Translations under genes and position numbers: made by a program
Notes under the pieces: model-generated
The model's database searches: none
Seen by the model: the letters and a program-made list of their open reading frames with translations, nothing else
Told to the model about the DNA's origin: nothing
Source: an uncultured Chlamydiae bacterium
GTDB taxonomy: Bacteria; Chlamydiota; Chlamydiia; Chlamydiales; Parachlamydiaceae
Direction of reading: 5' to 3'
Length of the DNA stretch: 64,000 nt
NCBI GenBank assembly: GCA_963830365.1
Contig: CAWHMU010000045.1
Coordinates: forward strand, 96,001-160,000
Part shown: positions 28,606-38,580 of the stretch, one piece after another
How positions within the stretch are numbered: the first letter of the stretch is position 1
How the letters are laid out: each line of letters opens with the position of its first letter

Positions 28606-29802
28606 GTGTGTGCCTTGACTTTATTATCAGCTCAACAAAATGCGATAGAAAATGAGGAGGAAGTCCTGTCACTGCGCAGGCAGCTGCAAACCCTCAAAGA
28701 ACGCTACCAAAGCTTGCAAAAGCTAGGCCAGCCAGATAACGAGCAGATTTCGATGCAGCGGCGCTTCCATGAATTGTCCATCGAGAATGAACACTGCAGG
28801 CAGCAGATTGAAAAGCTTACCCATGCCGCCGGGGAAAGGGAAAAAAAAGTCGCCGAACTGCAGCGCGCCGGCACCGGGCTTAGCGAGAAGCTGCTTAAAT
28901 ATCAGCACAGCCAGCAGCAGTTGCAAGAGGCGTTAACACAAGAGAGACATCTTAAGCAAGAGGCTAGCGATGAAGTCGCCGCCCTGCATGGCCAATTTGC
29001 CGCGCTTAAAGCAAAATTCATCGCCCTTCAGCAGCAAGGGCAGCAAGAGGCAAATGAGAAGCTAAGTCTGCTGGATGGCCGCGAGCAGCTGAGGCGTGAA
29101 CGCGATCAGGCTGTGCAGGACTTGGTGCAGGCAAACGAGCGTATCGACGGGCTGCAAAAGATTTATGCCGCAGCTGAAAACAACCTCCAGGCGCGGGAGG
29201 GGGAAAGACAACAGCTGCTAGCAGATAGTGCTAAAGCCAAAACGGCCCAAGATGAAGCCGAAGCGCGGCTGAAATTTGCCCATTTCCACCTGGCAAAGAA
29301 GGTGAGGGAAGCGACCGAATTTGGCGACAAAATACAAGCCCTCGAAAGCAGGCTGCGCGAGTATGAAGATGAGCTGCAGGAGGCCAAGGCGCAAAGCTCG
29401 GCTTTGCAAAGTTCATTAGAGGAACATTCACAACAGCAAGAGCGTTCACATGCGCAATGGCAGGAGTCTATCAATTCGGCCGAAGCCATGGTCGCCGGCT
29501 GGGAAGAGAAATATTCAGCGTTGCAACGCAAATGGCAGGAGAGTGACGCGCGGCTTAAAGAGGCCATCCGAATGGAAGAACGCTACCGGCAGATGCAGAA
29601 GATGTGGAAAAATCTTAATGATGTGTTCAACGAAGCACCTGAGGGTCAAATGAAAGATGTTCAGATGCCTGCCGACAACCACGCGCCAACTTTTGAAAGA
29701 AAGGTCGAAACGGAATCATTAAGCTTGAAAAGATACGACATGCACAGGCCCTACCAAAATCTTTTTGATATGCCCAAATCTCATGATAAACGATTTGAAT
29801 GA
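28606..29802 (+). CDS. coiled-coil protein
   Basis: Q/E/K/L-rich heptad sequence; directly upstream of ruvC. Confidence 0.75.
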   Translation: MCALTLLSAQQNAIENEEEVLSLRRQLQTLKERYQSLQKLGQPDNEQISMQRRFHELSIENEHCRQQIEKLTHAAGEREKKVAELQRAGTGLSEKLLKYQHSQQQLQEALTQERHLKQEASDEVAALHGQFAALKAKFIALQQQGQQEANEKLSLLDGREQLRRERDQAVQDLVQANERIDGLQKIYAAAENNLQAREGERQQLLADSAKAKTAQDEAEARLKFAHFHLAKKVREATEFGDKIQALESRLREYEDELQEAKAQSSALQSSLEEHSQQQERSHAQWQESINSAEAMVAGWEEKYSALQRKWQESDARLKEAIRMEERYRQMQKMWKNLNDVFNEAPEGQMKDVQMPADNHAPTFERKVETESLSLKRYDMHRPYQNLFDMPKSHDKRFE

Positions 29803-29814
29803 GCAGGTTTTTTT

Positions 29815-30312
29815 GTGATCATTATAGGCATTGACCCTGGCACGCAGGTGACAGGCTACGGCGTGATTGAAGTGGAGGGGGTAAATTACCGCGCCATCGA
29901 TTATGGCTGCATCCGTCCGCCGGCTGCGCGCAAACTGACGGATCGCTATCTGATTCTTTTTAATGCCCTTGAAGAACTGCTAGAAAAATACCGTCCGCAA
30001 GTTTTATCTGTGGAAACGCAATATGTGCAAAAGAATGTGCAAAGCGCCATCAAGCTGGGTATGGCTCGTGGCATTGCCATCATTGCCGCCAAACGCAAAG
30101 GATTGGCCGTTTTCGAATATGCGCCAACAAAGGCCAAAAGTGCCGTGGTGGGCAATGGCCGGGCCAGCAAGCAGCAGGTGCAGGGAATGGTGAAGCTATT
30201 GTTGAACCTTGCCGAGATTCCAACGCCCGAAGATGCTGCCGACGCATTAGCCTTGGCGATATGCCATGCGCAGTCGATGCGTTTCCGCGAATTGACCAAC
30301 TGTGAATTATGA
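29815..30312 (+). CDS. ruvC: Holliday junction resolvase RuvC
   Basis: IIGIDPG, G.GRASKQQV, EDAADALALAICH. Confidence 0.96.
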   Translation: MIIIGIDPGTQVTGYGVIEVEGVNYRAIDYGCIRPPAARKLTDRYLILFNALEELLEKYRPQVLSVETQYVQKNVQSAIKLGMARGIAIIAAKRKGLAVFEYAPTKAKSAVVGNGRASKQQVQGMVKLLLNLAEIPTPEDAADALALAICHAQSMRFRELTNCEL

Positions 30313-30330
30313 ACGAATGGAGTAGAATCG

Positions 30331-30933
30331 ATGTTTGCCTATATAAAGGGTGCTTTAGCTGAGTCTAAAACGACATATGTGGTAGTTGAGGCCGGTGGCA
30401 TCGGCTACAAAATCTTTATCCCTGTCAGCGCCTTCGGCCGCCTGTCCCATGTCGGCAGCGAGGTGGTTTTATACACTTCATTTGTCGTGCGCGAGCAAGC
30501 CCAGACTCTCTACGGCTTTTCATTCGTCCAGGAACGGGATTTTTTTGAAGCCTTGCTCGGCGTAACGGGCATCGGCCCAAAAATTGCCCTGGCACTGCTC
30601 GGTCATCTGTCTTTGATGGAACTGCAAAGGGCTATTTCTCAAGATGATATCGCTGCGCTTTGCCGCGTGCCGGGCATAGGCAAGAAGGGGGCTGAGCGCC
30701 TGATCATTGAGATGCGCGACAAGGTCAGCTGCGCAGGCCTATTCCCTGGCGATTTGGCGGTGCACAGCCTGTCCGATCCGCAGGCGCAGAGCGTGAACGA
30801 TGCCATGAGCGCTTTAATAAATCTGGGATATAACCAGATGACTGCGCAAAAGGCTATTAAAAAGACTCTTAAAGATATTCCTGAAGGCATCGATGTGGCT
30901 GAATTGATTTCTTATGCCCTCAAGCATGTCTAA
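30331..30933 (+). CDS. ruvA: Holliday junction branch migration protein RuvA
   Basis: GGIGY.I, LYGF, V.GIGPK.AL, VPGIGKK.AERLI.E. Confidence 0.96.
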   Translation: MFAYIKGALAESKTTYVVVEAGGIGYKIFIPVSAFGRLSHVGSEVVLYTSFVVREQAQTLYGFSFVQERDFFEALLGVTGIGPKIALALLGHLSLMELQRAISQDDIAALCRVPGIGKKGAERLIIEMRDKVSCAGLFPGDLAVHSLSDPQAQSVNDAMSALINLGYNQMTAQKAIKKTLKDIPEGIDVAELISYALKHV

Positions 30934-30944
30934 ATCCCCATGTC

Positions 30945-31035
30945 CGTGCCCGTGTGCGTGCCCGATCCCTTCGTTCAAAAATTATAGTGGAGCAAGCGCT
31001 CTGGGATTCGGGGTACGGGCACGCACACGGGCACG
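30945..31035. repeat. GC-rich palindrome between convergent genes (possible bidirectional terminator or REP-like unit)
   Basis: cgtgcccgtgtgcgtgcccg (30945-30964) is the exact reverse complement of 31016-31035. Confidence 0.8.
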
Positions 31036-31062
31036 AAAGGGACTTGGACATAGGTAGTAGCC

Positions 31063-31704
31063 CTAGCCTCTGCGGAAGACCATGATGGTATTTTTAAACC
31101 ACCAGAATGAAGCTTTTGTCCTTAGGATGTTTTCAGCGGCTTCATCATTGACATAGCCGTATTGTTTCATAAGATCTTTGACATAGGCGTTACTCTGTTC
31201 GTTAAAGTGACCGAAGCCGCCTTGTCCTTTTAAGGCCCAACTCAGCACGATGCCTTTGGTATTGTGACGGTCCAGATTTTCGATATATGTCATTTCGAAT
31301 TGTTTGGGAAGATGCTCTCCCACTTCCAGGCTCATCACCCAGTCAAACGTGCCCAAATCAAGCGGTTGGCTCAAATCCGCCACCTTGGCGATGCCGTCAG
31401 AGATGATGACGGTATCGGGATTGCCGTCATAGCCTTGGCAATCAATGCCATATTGTCGCATGATCTTTACATATTCACCCGTCCCGCAGCCGAAATCGAC
31501 CACGCTTCCCACCTGTTCGGCGATGAAAAAGTCTGCCAGCGCATCAGCCAGGATGAAGTCGATTCGATGTTCATTCACGGCTTCTTCGCCATGCCAGAAC
31601 CCATGTTCGTCGATGATGATTTCTGCAGAGAGAGGTAGAGAAAGGGAGCTTACAAAGAAACAAGCGGCTGCTATCAAAGTATTTTTTTTCATGATATGTT
31701 CCAT
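31063..31704 (-). CDS. class I SAM-dependent methyltransferase with signal-peptide-like N-terminus
   Basis: VVDFGCGTG, FDWVMSLEVGEH, GQGG.GH.NEQ. Confidence 0.82.
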   Translation of the reverse strand: MEHIMKKNTLIAAACFFVSSLSLPLSAEIIIDEHGFWHGEEAVNEHRIDFILADALADFFIAEQVGSVVDFGCGTGEYVKIMRQYGIDCQGYDGNPDTVIISDGIAKVADLSQPLDLGTFDWVMSLEVGEHLPKQFEMTYIENLDRHNTKGIVLSWALKGQGGFGHFNEQSNAYVKDLMKQYGYVNDEAAENILRTKASFWWFKNTIMVFRRG

Positions 31705-31771
31705 AGAAAATTGATTTTCTAGGCTGGAACATACATAAAACTTTGAATTTAAGATAACTAAATAATTAGTT

Positions 31772-32398
31772 TTACGTTTTAGGCGCCGCCCAGGCGCAGA
31801 TGGGACACTCCGAGGCTATGTGTCCGCGTGCCCGGCAGTATTCGCGGGCGAAATAGATGATCTGCAAATGCAGGAGGTTCCAATATTTTTTTGGGAACAC
31901 CTGCTTTAGATCTTTTTCGGTGGTTTCCACATTTTTTCCGCTGGATAGCCCCCAGCGTTTGGCGCAGCGGTGGATATGGGTGTCGACGGGAAAAGCAGCC
32001 TGTCCAAATGCCTGGCTCATGACGACAGAAGCTGTCTTATGACCTACCCCAGGTAGTTCTTCCAAGGCTTCGAAAGAGGCCGGCACGGCTCCTTCGTGAT
32101 TTTCTATCAGCAGTTTTGAAAGCTCCCAGATGGCGCGCGCTTTGCGCGGCGCCAGGCCGCAGGGACGGATGATGGCTTCGATGTCAGCGACATCGAGTTT
32201 TACCATTTTTTGCGCTGTAGCGGCTTTTTTGAATAGCTGCGGCGTGATGGTATTGACGCGGGCGTCGGTGCATTGCGCCGACAGCAGCACGGCAATGAGC
32301 AGGGTATAGGGATCACGGTGCAGCAGCGGAATCTGTGGGGCAGGATAAAGCTCGCTTAAGAGGCGGCGGATTTTCTCACCCTTTTCTTTTTTATTCAC
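31772..32398 (-). CDS. nth: endonuclease III
   Basis: LLSAQCTD.RVN, LPGVG.KTA, FPVDTHI.R, C-terminal Cys cluster. Confidence 0.94.
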   Translation of the reverse strand: MNKKEKGEKIRRLLSELYPAPQIPLLHRDPYTLLIAVLLSAQCTDARVNTITPQLFKKAATAQKMVKLDVADIEAIIRPCGLAPRKARAIWELSKLLIENHEGAVPASFEALEELPGVGHKTASVVMSQAFGQAAFPVDTHIHRCAKRWGLSSGKNVETTEKDLKQVFPKKYWNLLHLQIIYFAREYCRARGHIASECPICAWAAPKT

Positions 32399-32401
32399 TG
32401 C

Positions 32402-33778
32402 CTATTTCCCGATGCAGAAGGTGGAAAATATAGCCGATAGGATGTCTTCGGTGATATTTGTGCCGATGATGGTGCCCAGGGAATTCAAAGCCAGCCGCAT
32501 ATCCATGGAGAGGAATTCCGGTGAAATACCGGTTTTAAGTCCGGCCATCACCCCTTGGCAGGCTTCGATGGCTTTTATTAAAGCCTCTTTGTGGCGCGCG
32601 TTGGTAATTAGAACTTCTTCGCGCGAAGGAGGGCCGTGTTTCCATATGACAGCATCAATGGTGTGGCGCAACGTGTCGATGCCGGTCTTGTTTTTAGCGG
32701 ATAATGCCACATGATGCGGGATACTCAATACAGGCAGGGCAGCATGCGGCAAATCCACCTTGTTCCAGATGGCGATGGTCTTTTCCTTGGGCATCAGTGC
32801 CAGCAGCATCTCATCTTGTGCATCCAGTCCTTTGGCGGCATCGAGCACAAGCAAAATCAGATCAGCCTGCTGCATGGCGGCTTGCGAGCGGCGGATCCCC
32901 TCTTGCTCGATGACCTCTTCGGTCGTCCTGATACCGGCGGTATCCATGAGCTTGAAGTTGAGCCCATTCAGGCGCATATGGTCTTCCAGGATATCGCGCG
33001 TGGTACCGGGGATATGAGAGACGATGGCGCGTTCTTTGTCGAGCAGGGCATTCATCAGCGACGATTTGCCAACATTGGGGGAGCCGATCAGGCATACGGC
33101 GATGCCGTCATGCACGATTTTGCCGTCGTGGAAGGTGTTGGCCAGGGACTGCATGCTTTGGCATAGCTGCGCCAAATCGGCCAGGATCTCATCCATGGTG
33201 GTAAATTCCAGACCCTCCTCAGGGAAATCCACCCAAGCCTCGAGGATGGCGGTGATCAGCGTCAGGCTTTGCTGAAAACCATCGATGGTCTGCGATAGAG
33301 AGCCTTTCAGCTGCTCTTCAGCGGCATCCAGAGCGCGTTCATTTTTGGCACAGATGAGCTCCTGCACCGCTTCGGCCTGGGCCAAGTCTATCTTGCCGTT
33401 GATGAAAGCTTTGAAGGTGAATTCGCCGGGCCTTGCCGCCCGCGCGCCGGCTTGCAGGACGACATCGAGCACGCGCCGCGTGATCAGGCTGCCGCCGTGG
33501 CAGTGGATTTCGACGGTGTCTTCGCCGGTATAGGAACGCTTGCCAAGCATCGGGAGAATCAGGACGTCATCGATATGTACGCCTTGGGCATTTTGGATCT
33601 TCCCATAATGGGCGGTATGCGTTTTGTAGCTATGCAATGGGCCTGAGTAAACTTTGGCGGCGACAGATAGCGCGTGCTGGCCGGAGATGCGGATGATGGC
33701 TACGCCCCCTTCGCCAAGGGGGGTGGCTACGGCGGCAATAGTCTCGCCCGGCTGGTATGGCTGATGTACGAATTCCAT
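32402..33778 (-). CDS. mnmE: tRNA modification GTPase MnmE
   Basis: TIAAVATP.G.GG, GSPNVGKSS, DTAG, NKVD, C-terminal FCIGK. Confidence 0.96.
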   Translation of the reverse strand: MEFVHQPYQPGETIAAVATPLGEGGVAIIRISGQHALSVAAKVYSGPLHSYKTHTAHYGKIQNAQGVHIDDVLILPMLGKRSYTGEDTVEIHCHGGSLITRRVLDVVLQAGARAARPGEFTFKAFINGKIDLAQAEAVQELICAKNERALDAAEEQLKGSLSQTIDGFQQSLTLITAILEAWVDFPEEGLEFTTMDEILADLAQLCQSMQSLANTFHDGKIVHDGIAVCLIGSPNVGKSSLMNALLDKERAIVSHIPGTTRDILEDHMRLNGLNFKLMDTAGIRTTEEVIEQEGIRRSQAAMQQADLILLVLDAAKGLDAQDEMLLALMPKEKTIAIWNKVDLPHAALPVLSIPHHVALSAKNKTGIDTLRHTIDAVIWKHGPPSREEVLITNARHKEALIKAIEACQGVMAGLKTGISPEFLSMDMRLALNSLGTIIGTNITEDILSAIFSTFCIGK

Positions 33779-33889
33779 AAGTGAATGATTTTAATTGTTT
33801 TAAAGTAAGCAGTATAAAATTATCTGTTGGTTTTTGTAAATGAAATATGTAGTTTCGGCCGAGTTTTTTCAGCAATGACGTGCGGTTGT

Positions 33890-34374
33890 AAAACGCAACA
33901 AATTAACCACAGAGACACCGAGACGCAGAGAAAACATGGGCAGAGGAGTTGTTGCTTAGGAAGAGGTTGTTTACAAAAAATTCAACGCGAAGGAACAGCC
34001 AAGAGGCGCAAAGATGCAAAGGAGGCAAGCAGTAAAAAAACAGGATGGCACGATAGTCAGGATAAACACCGGCGGCAACTGAGCGGGAATCAGACTCCAA
34101 TCACAGCGACAGCGTCATGGTTATACGCCAAGCGCTGATCCGGCCACTGGCGATTGCTAGCTGTCGGATCAGCGCTTGGCGTATAATCATGACGCTGTCG
34201 CTGTGAGGCATGCCCCTCGGATTGCTGAAGCTAATCCGAGGTATGGATATTGGTCTCGATCGAGGCTTTCTTTTCTTCCTAATTGTGCTTATCCTGACTA
34301 TCTTAACATTCTGCTTTTTTTGCTGCTTGTTTCTCTGTGTCTCGGTGTCTCTGTGGTGAATTTTGTTGGTTTTT
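33890..34374. repeat. nested composite palindrome (multi-layer shell) between mnmE and sdhC
   Basis: outer arms accacagagacaccgagacgcagagaaa / tttctctgtgtctcggtgtctctgtggt; inner arms gatagtcaggataa / ttatcctgactatc; central 42-bp-stem hairpin. Confidence 0.88.
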
Positions 34375-34466
34375 GCCATGTAACGGTTGTCGATTTTTGC
34401 TTGTCATCGTCGTTTTTACATGTTATCTATGTCATAGTATTTTGAATCTGTATTTGTTGAGGAAAA

Positions 34467-35489
34467 ATGACCGCAGCATCCACACAAACAATTCCGCAAG
34501 CCTTTGTCTGGCGCCGGCTGCACTCTATCACCGGCGTATGGCTGGTGGTTTTTTTGATCACGCATCTGTTTACCAATTCCCAGGCGGCGCTGTTTATCGG
34601 CGATGACGGACACGGATTTATCCGCGCCGTCAACTCCATCCATGATATGCCCTATCTGCCGCTGATTGAAATTGCCGTACTGGCCTTTCCCATCTTGGTC
34701 CACCTGCTATGGGGGCTCAAATACCTGCATACGGCCAAATATAACTCATTTGGCCAGACGGGGAAGACACCCTATCTGCCGAATTATCCACGCAATCATG
34801 CCTATACCTGGCAGCGCATTACCGCCTGGTTGCTGGTGCTTGGTATCATCGCCCATGTGGTCCAGATGCGCTTTGTTGAATATCCCGTTTCGGCTGCCAT
34901 AGGCAGTGAACATGCCTATATGGTGCGTGTCAGTGAAGATGACGGACTCTATACTGTGGCCGAACGGCTGGGTGTCAGGCTTTATAACAGCAAGCAGATC
35001 CAGTCGCTCACCCCTGCCGAATTGTCATCAGGTCTTAAGCCTGCAGCAAAGGGTGAATTGATGGAGGGCTTCATGTCATCTCTTAAAGGTCTTTTTAACT
35101 CATCGGAAAGTGGCCCTGTAAAGCCACAGCAGCTATTGCGCGCGCAAGCCCATGCCCAAGAGGTGCAATGGCTGGAGGCGTTGAAGCTGCGTCCGTTGAA
35201 GGAAGGCGAGGTAGTCGCCGTGGCGGGTGATTTCGGCACGGCTGAACTGCTGATGCTGCGCGACACCTTCAAATCGCCCTTCATGCTGGTGCTGTATACC
35301 TTGCTGGTGCTGGCTACATGTTTTCATGCCTTCAATGGACTATGGACAGCAATGATTGCATGGGGCGTTACTTTGACGGTCCGAGCGCAATATCTGATGC
35401 TCGGCCTGTCATCCTTGCTGATGGTAGCTTTCGCCTTCTTGGGCTTGTCTGCAGTGTGGCTGACATATTGGATCAATTTAAAATACTAA
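34467..35489 (+). CDS. sdhC: succinate dehydrogenase cytochrome b558 subunit
   Basis: RRLHSITG, HL..N, Y.WQRITA, FH.FNGLW; precedes sdhA. Confidence 0.9.
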   Translation: MTAASTQTIPQAFVWRRLHSITGVWLVVFLITHLFTNSQAALFIGDDGHGFIRAVNSIHDMPYLPLIEIAVLAFPILVHLLWGLKYLHTAKYNSFGQTGKTPYLPNYPRNHAYTWQRITAWLLVLGIIAHVVQMRFVEYPVSAAIGSEHAYMVRVSEDDGLYTVAERLGVRLYNSKQIQSLTPAELSSGLKPAAKGELMEGFMSSLKGLFNSSESGPVKPQQLLRAQAHAQEVQWLEALKLRPLKEGEVVAVAGDFGTAELLMLRDTFKSPFMLVLYTLLVLATCFHAFNGLWTAMIAWGVTLTVRAQYLMLGLSSLLMVAFAFLGLSAVWLTYWINLKY

Positions 35490-35505
35490 CATGGCATGAA
35501 TCATA

Positions 35506-37404
35506 ATGGCTGTCGATAAAAGTAAGAAAAACGTAGTCGTCGTCGGTGGCGGCCTGGCTGGACTGTCAGCGGCAATGAAGCTGGCAGAGAACGGCTGCCA
35601 TGTCCAAATCGTTTCGGTGACGAAAGTCAAACGCTCCCATTCGGTCTGCGCCCAAGGCGGCATCAATGCCGCCATCAACACCAAGGGAGAGGATGATTCC
35701 CCTCTCATCCATGCCTACGATACCATTAAAGGGGGCGATTTCCTGGCCAACCAGCCGGCGGTGCTTGAGATGTGCCTTAGCGCGCCCGCCATCATCCATA
35801 TGATGGAGCGCTTCGGCTGCCCCTTCAACCGCACGCCGGAAGGCAACCTCGACTTCCGCCGCTTCGGCGGAACGCTATACAACCGCACGGCCTTCTGTGG
35901 CGCCTCGACCGGACAGCAGCTGCTATATGCGCTGGATGAACAGGTGCGCCGCCATGAGGTGAATGGCAGCGTTGAGAAGTTTGAAAATCACGAATTCATG
36001 CGCCTGGTGCTTGACGGAGAGGGGGTCGCGCGCGGCGTGGTCATCATGGACCTCTTCAATCTAAAGCTTGAAGTCCTTAAGGCCGACGCCGTGGTTATCG
36101 CCACCGGCGGATGCGGTCTGATCTTTAAGAAATCGACAAATTCGACCTTCTGTACCGGTGCGGCCAACGGCCGCCTCTACCGGCAGGGCATGAAATACGC
36201 CAATGGGGAATTTATCCAGATCCATCCGACGGCAATCCCGGGGGAAGACAAGATGCGCCTGATGTCGGAATCGATCCGCGGCGAAGGCGGCCGCATCTGG
36301 GTGATGGGCAATGCCGCCAATACGATCACTTTGGAAGACGGACGCACCATCCCCTGCGGCGTGACGGGTAAGCCTTGGTATTTTCTGGAAGAGATGTATC
36401 CCGCCTTCGGCAATCTCGTGCCCCGCGACATCGCCGCAAGAGAGCTTTTGCGCATCTGCGAGATGGGCATGGGTGTAGACGGCCAGATGCAGGTATATCT
36501 CGACGTCTCCCACCTGTCAGAAGAGAGGAAGCATAAGCTGGCTTCCGTTCTTGATATCTACCAGAAATTTACCGGCGAAGACCCCTCGCGCGTGCCCATG
36601 CGCATCTTTCCGGCTGTACATTATACTATGGGAGGAGGCTGGGTGGACTGGCCGGCGGCCGACGCTCCCGACAGGCTGCAGCGCTACCGACAGATGACCA
36701 ATCTGCCGGGGTGTTTTAATATCGGCGAATCGGATTACCAGTATCACGGCGCCAACCGTCTGGGAGCTAATTCTCTACTTTCCTGCATCTTCTCAGGCCT
36801 CGTGGCCGGCCACGAAGTGCCCCGTTATCTATCCACCCTTTCCCATAGCTGCCACGATACGCCGGCCGCTATCTATGAGCAAACGCTGCTGCTGGAACGC
36901 GCCGCGCGAGAAGAAATGCTTGCCCGCACCGGGCCGGAGAACGTCTACCGCCTGCACGATGAGTTGGCGGCCTGGATGGTGGATAACGTCACCGTGAAGC
37001 GCAACAACAAAGACCTAAAGCGCACCATGCATAAAATTAAAGAGATCCGGCAGCGTTTCAATAATATATCCCTTGACGACCGCTCCCAATTTGCCAACCA
37101 GACGCTGGCCTTTGCCCTGCAGTTTGGGCCCATGCTCGATCTGGCCCTAATTATCACCAAAGGGGCGCTTTTGCGCGATGAATTCCGAGGGGCGCATTAT
37201 AAGCCTGAATTCCCTAAGCGCGATGATGAACATTGGCTGAAGACGACGATCGCCACCTTCGATCCGGACAGCGATGAGCCGGTGATCACCTATGAGCCTG
37301 TCGACATGCCCTATTTAAAGCCGATCATGCGCGATTATTCGCATGCGCATAAGGTGAGGCACAGTTTAGAAAACATCCCGTCAAATATAAAGCCGCCCCT
37401 ATAG
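35506..37404 (+). CDS. sdhA: succinate dehydrogenase flavoprotein subunit
   Basis: GGGLAG, RSHSVCAQGGINAA, QIHPT, HGANRLGANSL. Confidence 0.96.
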   Translation: MAVDKSKKNVVVVGGGLAGLSAAMKLAENGCHVQIVSVTKVKRSHSVCAQGGINAAINTKGEDDSPLIHAYDTIKGGDFLANQPAVLEMCLSAPAIIHMMERFGCPFNRTPEGNLDFRRFGGTLYNRTAFCGASTGQQLLYALDEQVRRHEVNGSVEKFENHEFMRLVLDGEGVARGVVIMDLFNLKLEVLKADAVVIATGGCGLIFKKSTNSTFCTGAANGRLYRQGMKYANGEFIQIHPTAIPGEDKMRLMSESIRGEGGRIWVMGNAANTITLEDGRTIPCGVTGKPWYFLEEMYPAFGNLVPRDIAARELLRICEMGMGVDGQMQVYLDVSHLSEERKHKLASVLDIYQKFTGEDPSRVPMRIFPAVHYTMGGGWVDWPAADAPDRLQRYRQMTNLPGCFNIGESDYQYHGANRLGANSLLSCIFSGLVAGHEVPRYLSTLSHSCHDTPAAIYEQTLLLERAAREEMLARTGPENVYRLHDELAAWMVDNVTVKRNNKDLKRTMHKIKEIRQRFNNISLDDRSQFANQTLAFALQFGPMLDLALIITKGALLRDEFRGAHYKPEFPKRDDEHWLKTTIATFDPDSDEPVITYEPVDMPYLKPIMRDYSHAHKVRHSLENIPSNIKPPL

Positions 37405-37412
37405 GAGTTTGT

Positions 37413-38183
37413 ATGACCGATACCTATATCCTAAAAATCTACCGTGGCAATCCGGGCAGGCAATACTGGGAAGAATTCCAATTGCCGTATGTCCCTTATG
37501 CCAACATCATCTCGGCCCTGATGGAAATTCAGAAAAATCCCGTCAACCGCCAGGGCGAAAAAGTCACTCCCGTGGTGTGGGAGCAAGGCTGCCTGGAAGA
37601 GGTGTGCGGCTCATGCTCCATGCTTGTCAACGGCAAGCCGCGCCAGGCCTGCACGGCCCTGATAGATATCCTATTGGCCGGAAAAAGCGACCGCACCATT
37701 ACGCTTGCGCCCTTCTCCAAATTTCCCCTGGTGCGCGATTTGATCGTCGACCGCAGCGTCATGTTTGAAAATCTGAAGAAAGTCCAGGCCTGGGTCGATA
37801 CCGACGGCGCCTATGACCGCGGCCCCGGCCCCAAGATCAGCCCGCAGAAGCAGGAAGTGATGTATTCCATTTCCAAATGCATGACGTGCGGCTGCTGCGT
37901 CGAGGCCTGTCCCCAATCCAATGCCCAATCGAAATTCGTCGGCCCCCAGATCATCGCCCAGGCGCGCCTTTTCAACACGCACCCCATCGGCCGCATAAAC
38001 AAAGCGACGCGCCTGCATGCCCTCATGCAAGAGGGGGGCGTCGGCGACTGCGGCAACGCCCAGAATTGCCAAAAAGTATGCCCCAAGGATGTGCCTTTGC
38101 TGGAATCTATCGCCGCCATCGGCCGCGACACCACCATGCAGGCCTTTAAGGATATCTTCAGCTCCCCCGAGCGGGATGAGTGA
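37413..38183 (+). CDS. sdhB: succinate dehydrogenase iron-sulfur subunit
   Basis: CLEEVCGSC, CMTCGCCVEACP, CGNAQNC..VCPK. Confidence 0.96.
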   Translation: MTDTYILKIYRGNPGRQYWEEFQLPYVPYANIISALMEIQKNPVNRQGEKVTPVVWEQGCLEEVCGSCSMLVNGKPRQACTALIDILLAGKSDRTITLAPFSKFPLVRDLIVDRSVMFENLKKVQAWVDTDGAYDRGPGPKISPQKQEVMYSISKCMTCGCCVEACPQSNAQSKFVGPQIIAQARLFNTHPIGRINKATRLHALMQEGGVGDCGNAQNCQKVCPKDVPLLESIAAIGRDTTMQAFKDIFSSPERDE

Positions 38184-38280
38184 GTAGAATGCCTTATAAA
38201 AACACTCGGTAATCAATATCAAAGATTTTGGCTAAGCGATATATCAACAAGCCACATATGTTGGTTAAGCTAATTCGGAT

Positions 38281-38580
38281 CTATATTATGCTAATTCTCA
38301 GATGTTTGCCGATGGCAGCGGCAGCATTGATGAGCGATCGGATGTTCGATGATTTACTAGGATCGAGTAAACGATCCAGAGCTGATCTACTAGTTCCTAT
38401 ACGCTTGGCGAAGTCCTCTTTTGTTAGTTTTTGCTTTTCCATTTCATCCTGAAGCTGCAATACAAAAGCATATTTGGCTCCAACTTCTTGGCAATGCTCG
38501 AAAATATCTTCTTCTTTAAGAAAATCATCAAAACTGGAGCCTGCATGAATATTTTTACTTGTTCTTTTCTTGCTGCTCAT
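38281..38580 (-). CDS. HTH (XRE) antitoxin
   Basis: GSSFDDFL.E, A.RIGTSRS.LDRLLDP; downstream of a RelE-like toxin. Confidence 0.85.
   Translation of the reverse strand: MSSKKRTSKNIHAGSSFDDFLKEEDIFEHCQEVGAKYAFVLQLQDEMEKQKLTKEDFAKRIGTSRSALDRLLDPSKSSNIRSLINAAAAIGKHLRISII

Noticed and set aside
33827..34445. Short ORFs such as HRDTETQR-containing peptides, also at 27919, 47309 and 51212
   Set aside because: They are translations of palindromic repeats, open on both strands, with no coding signal
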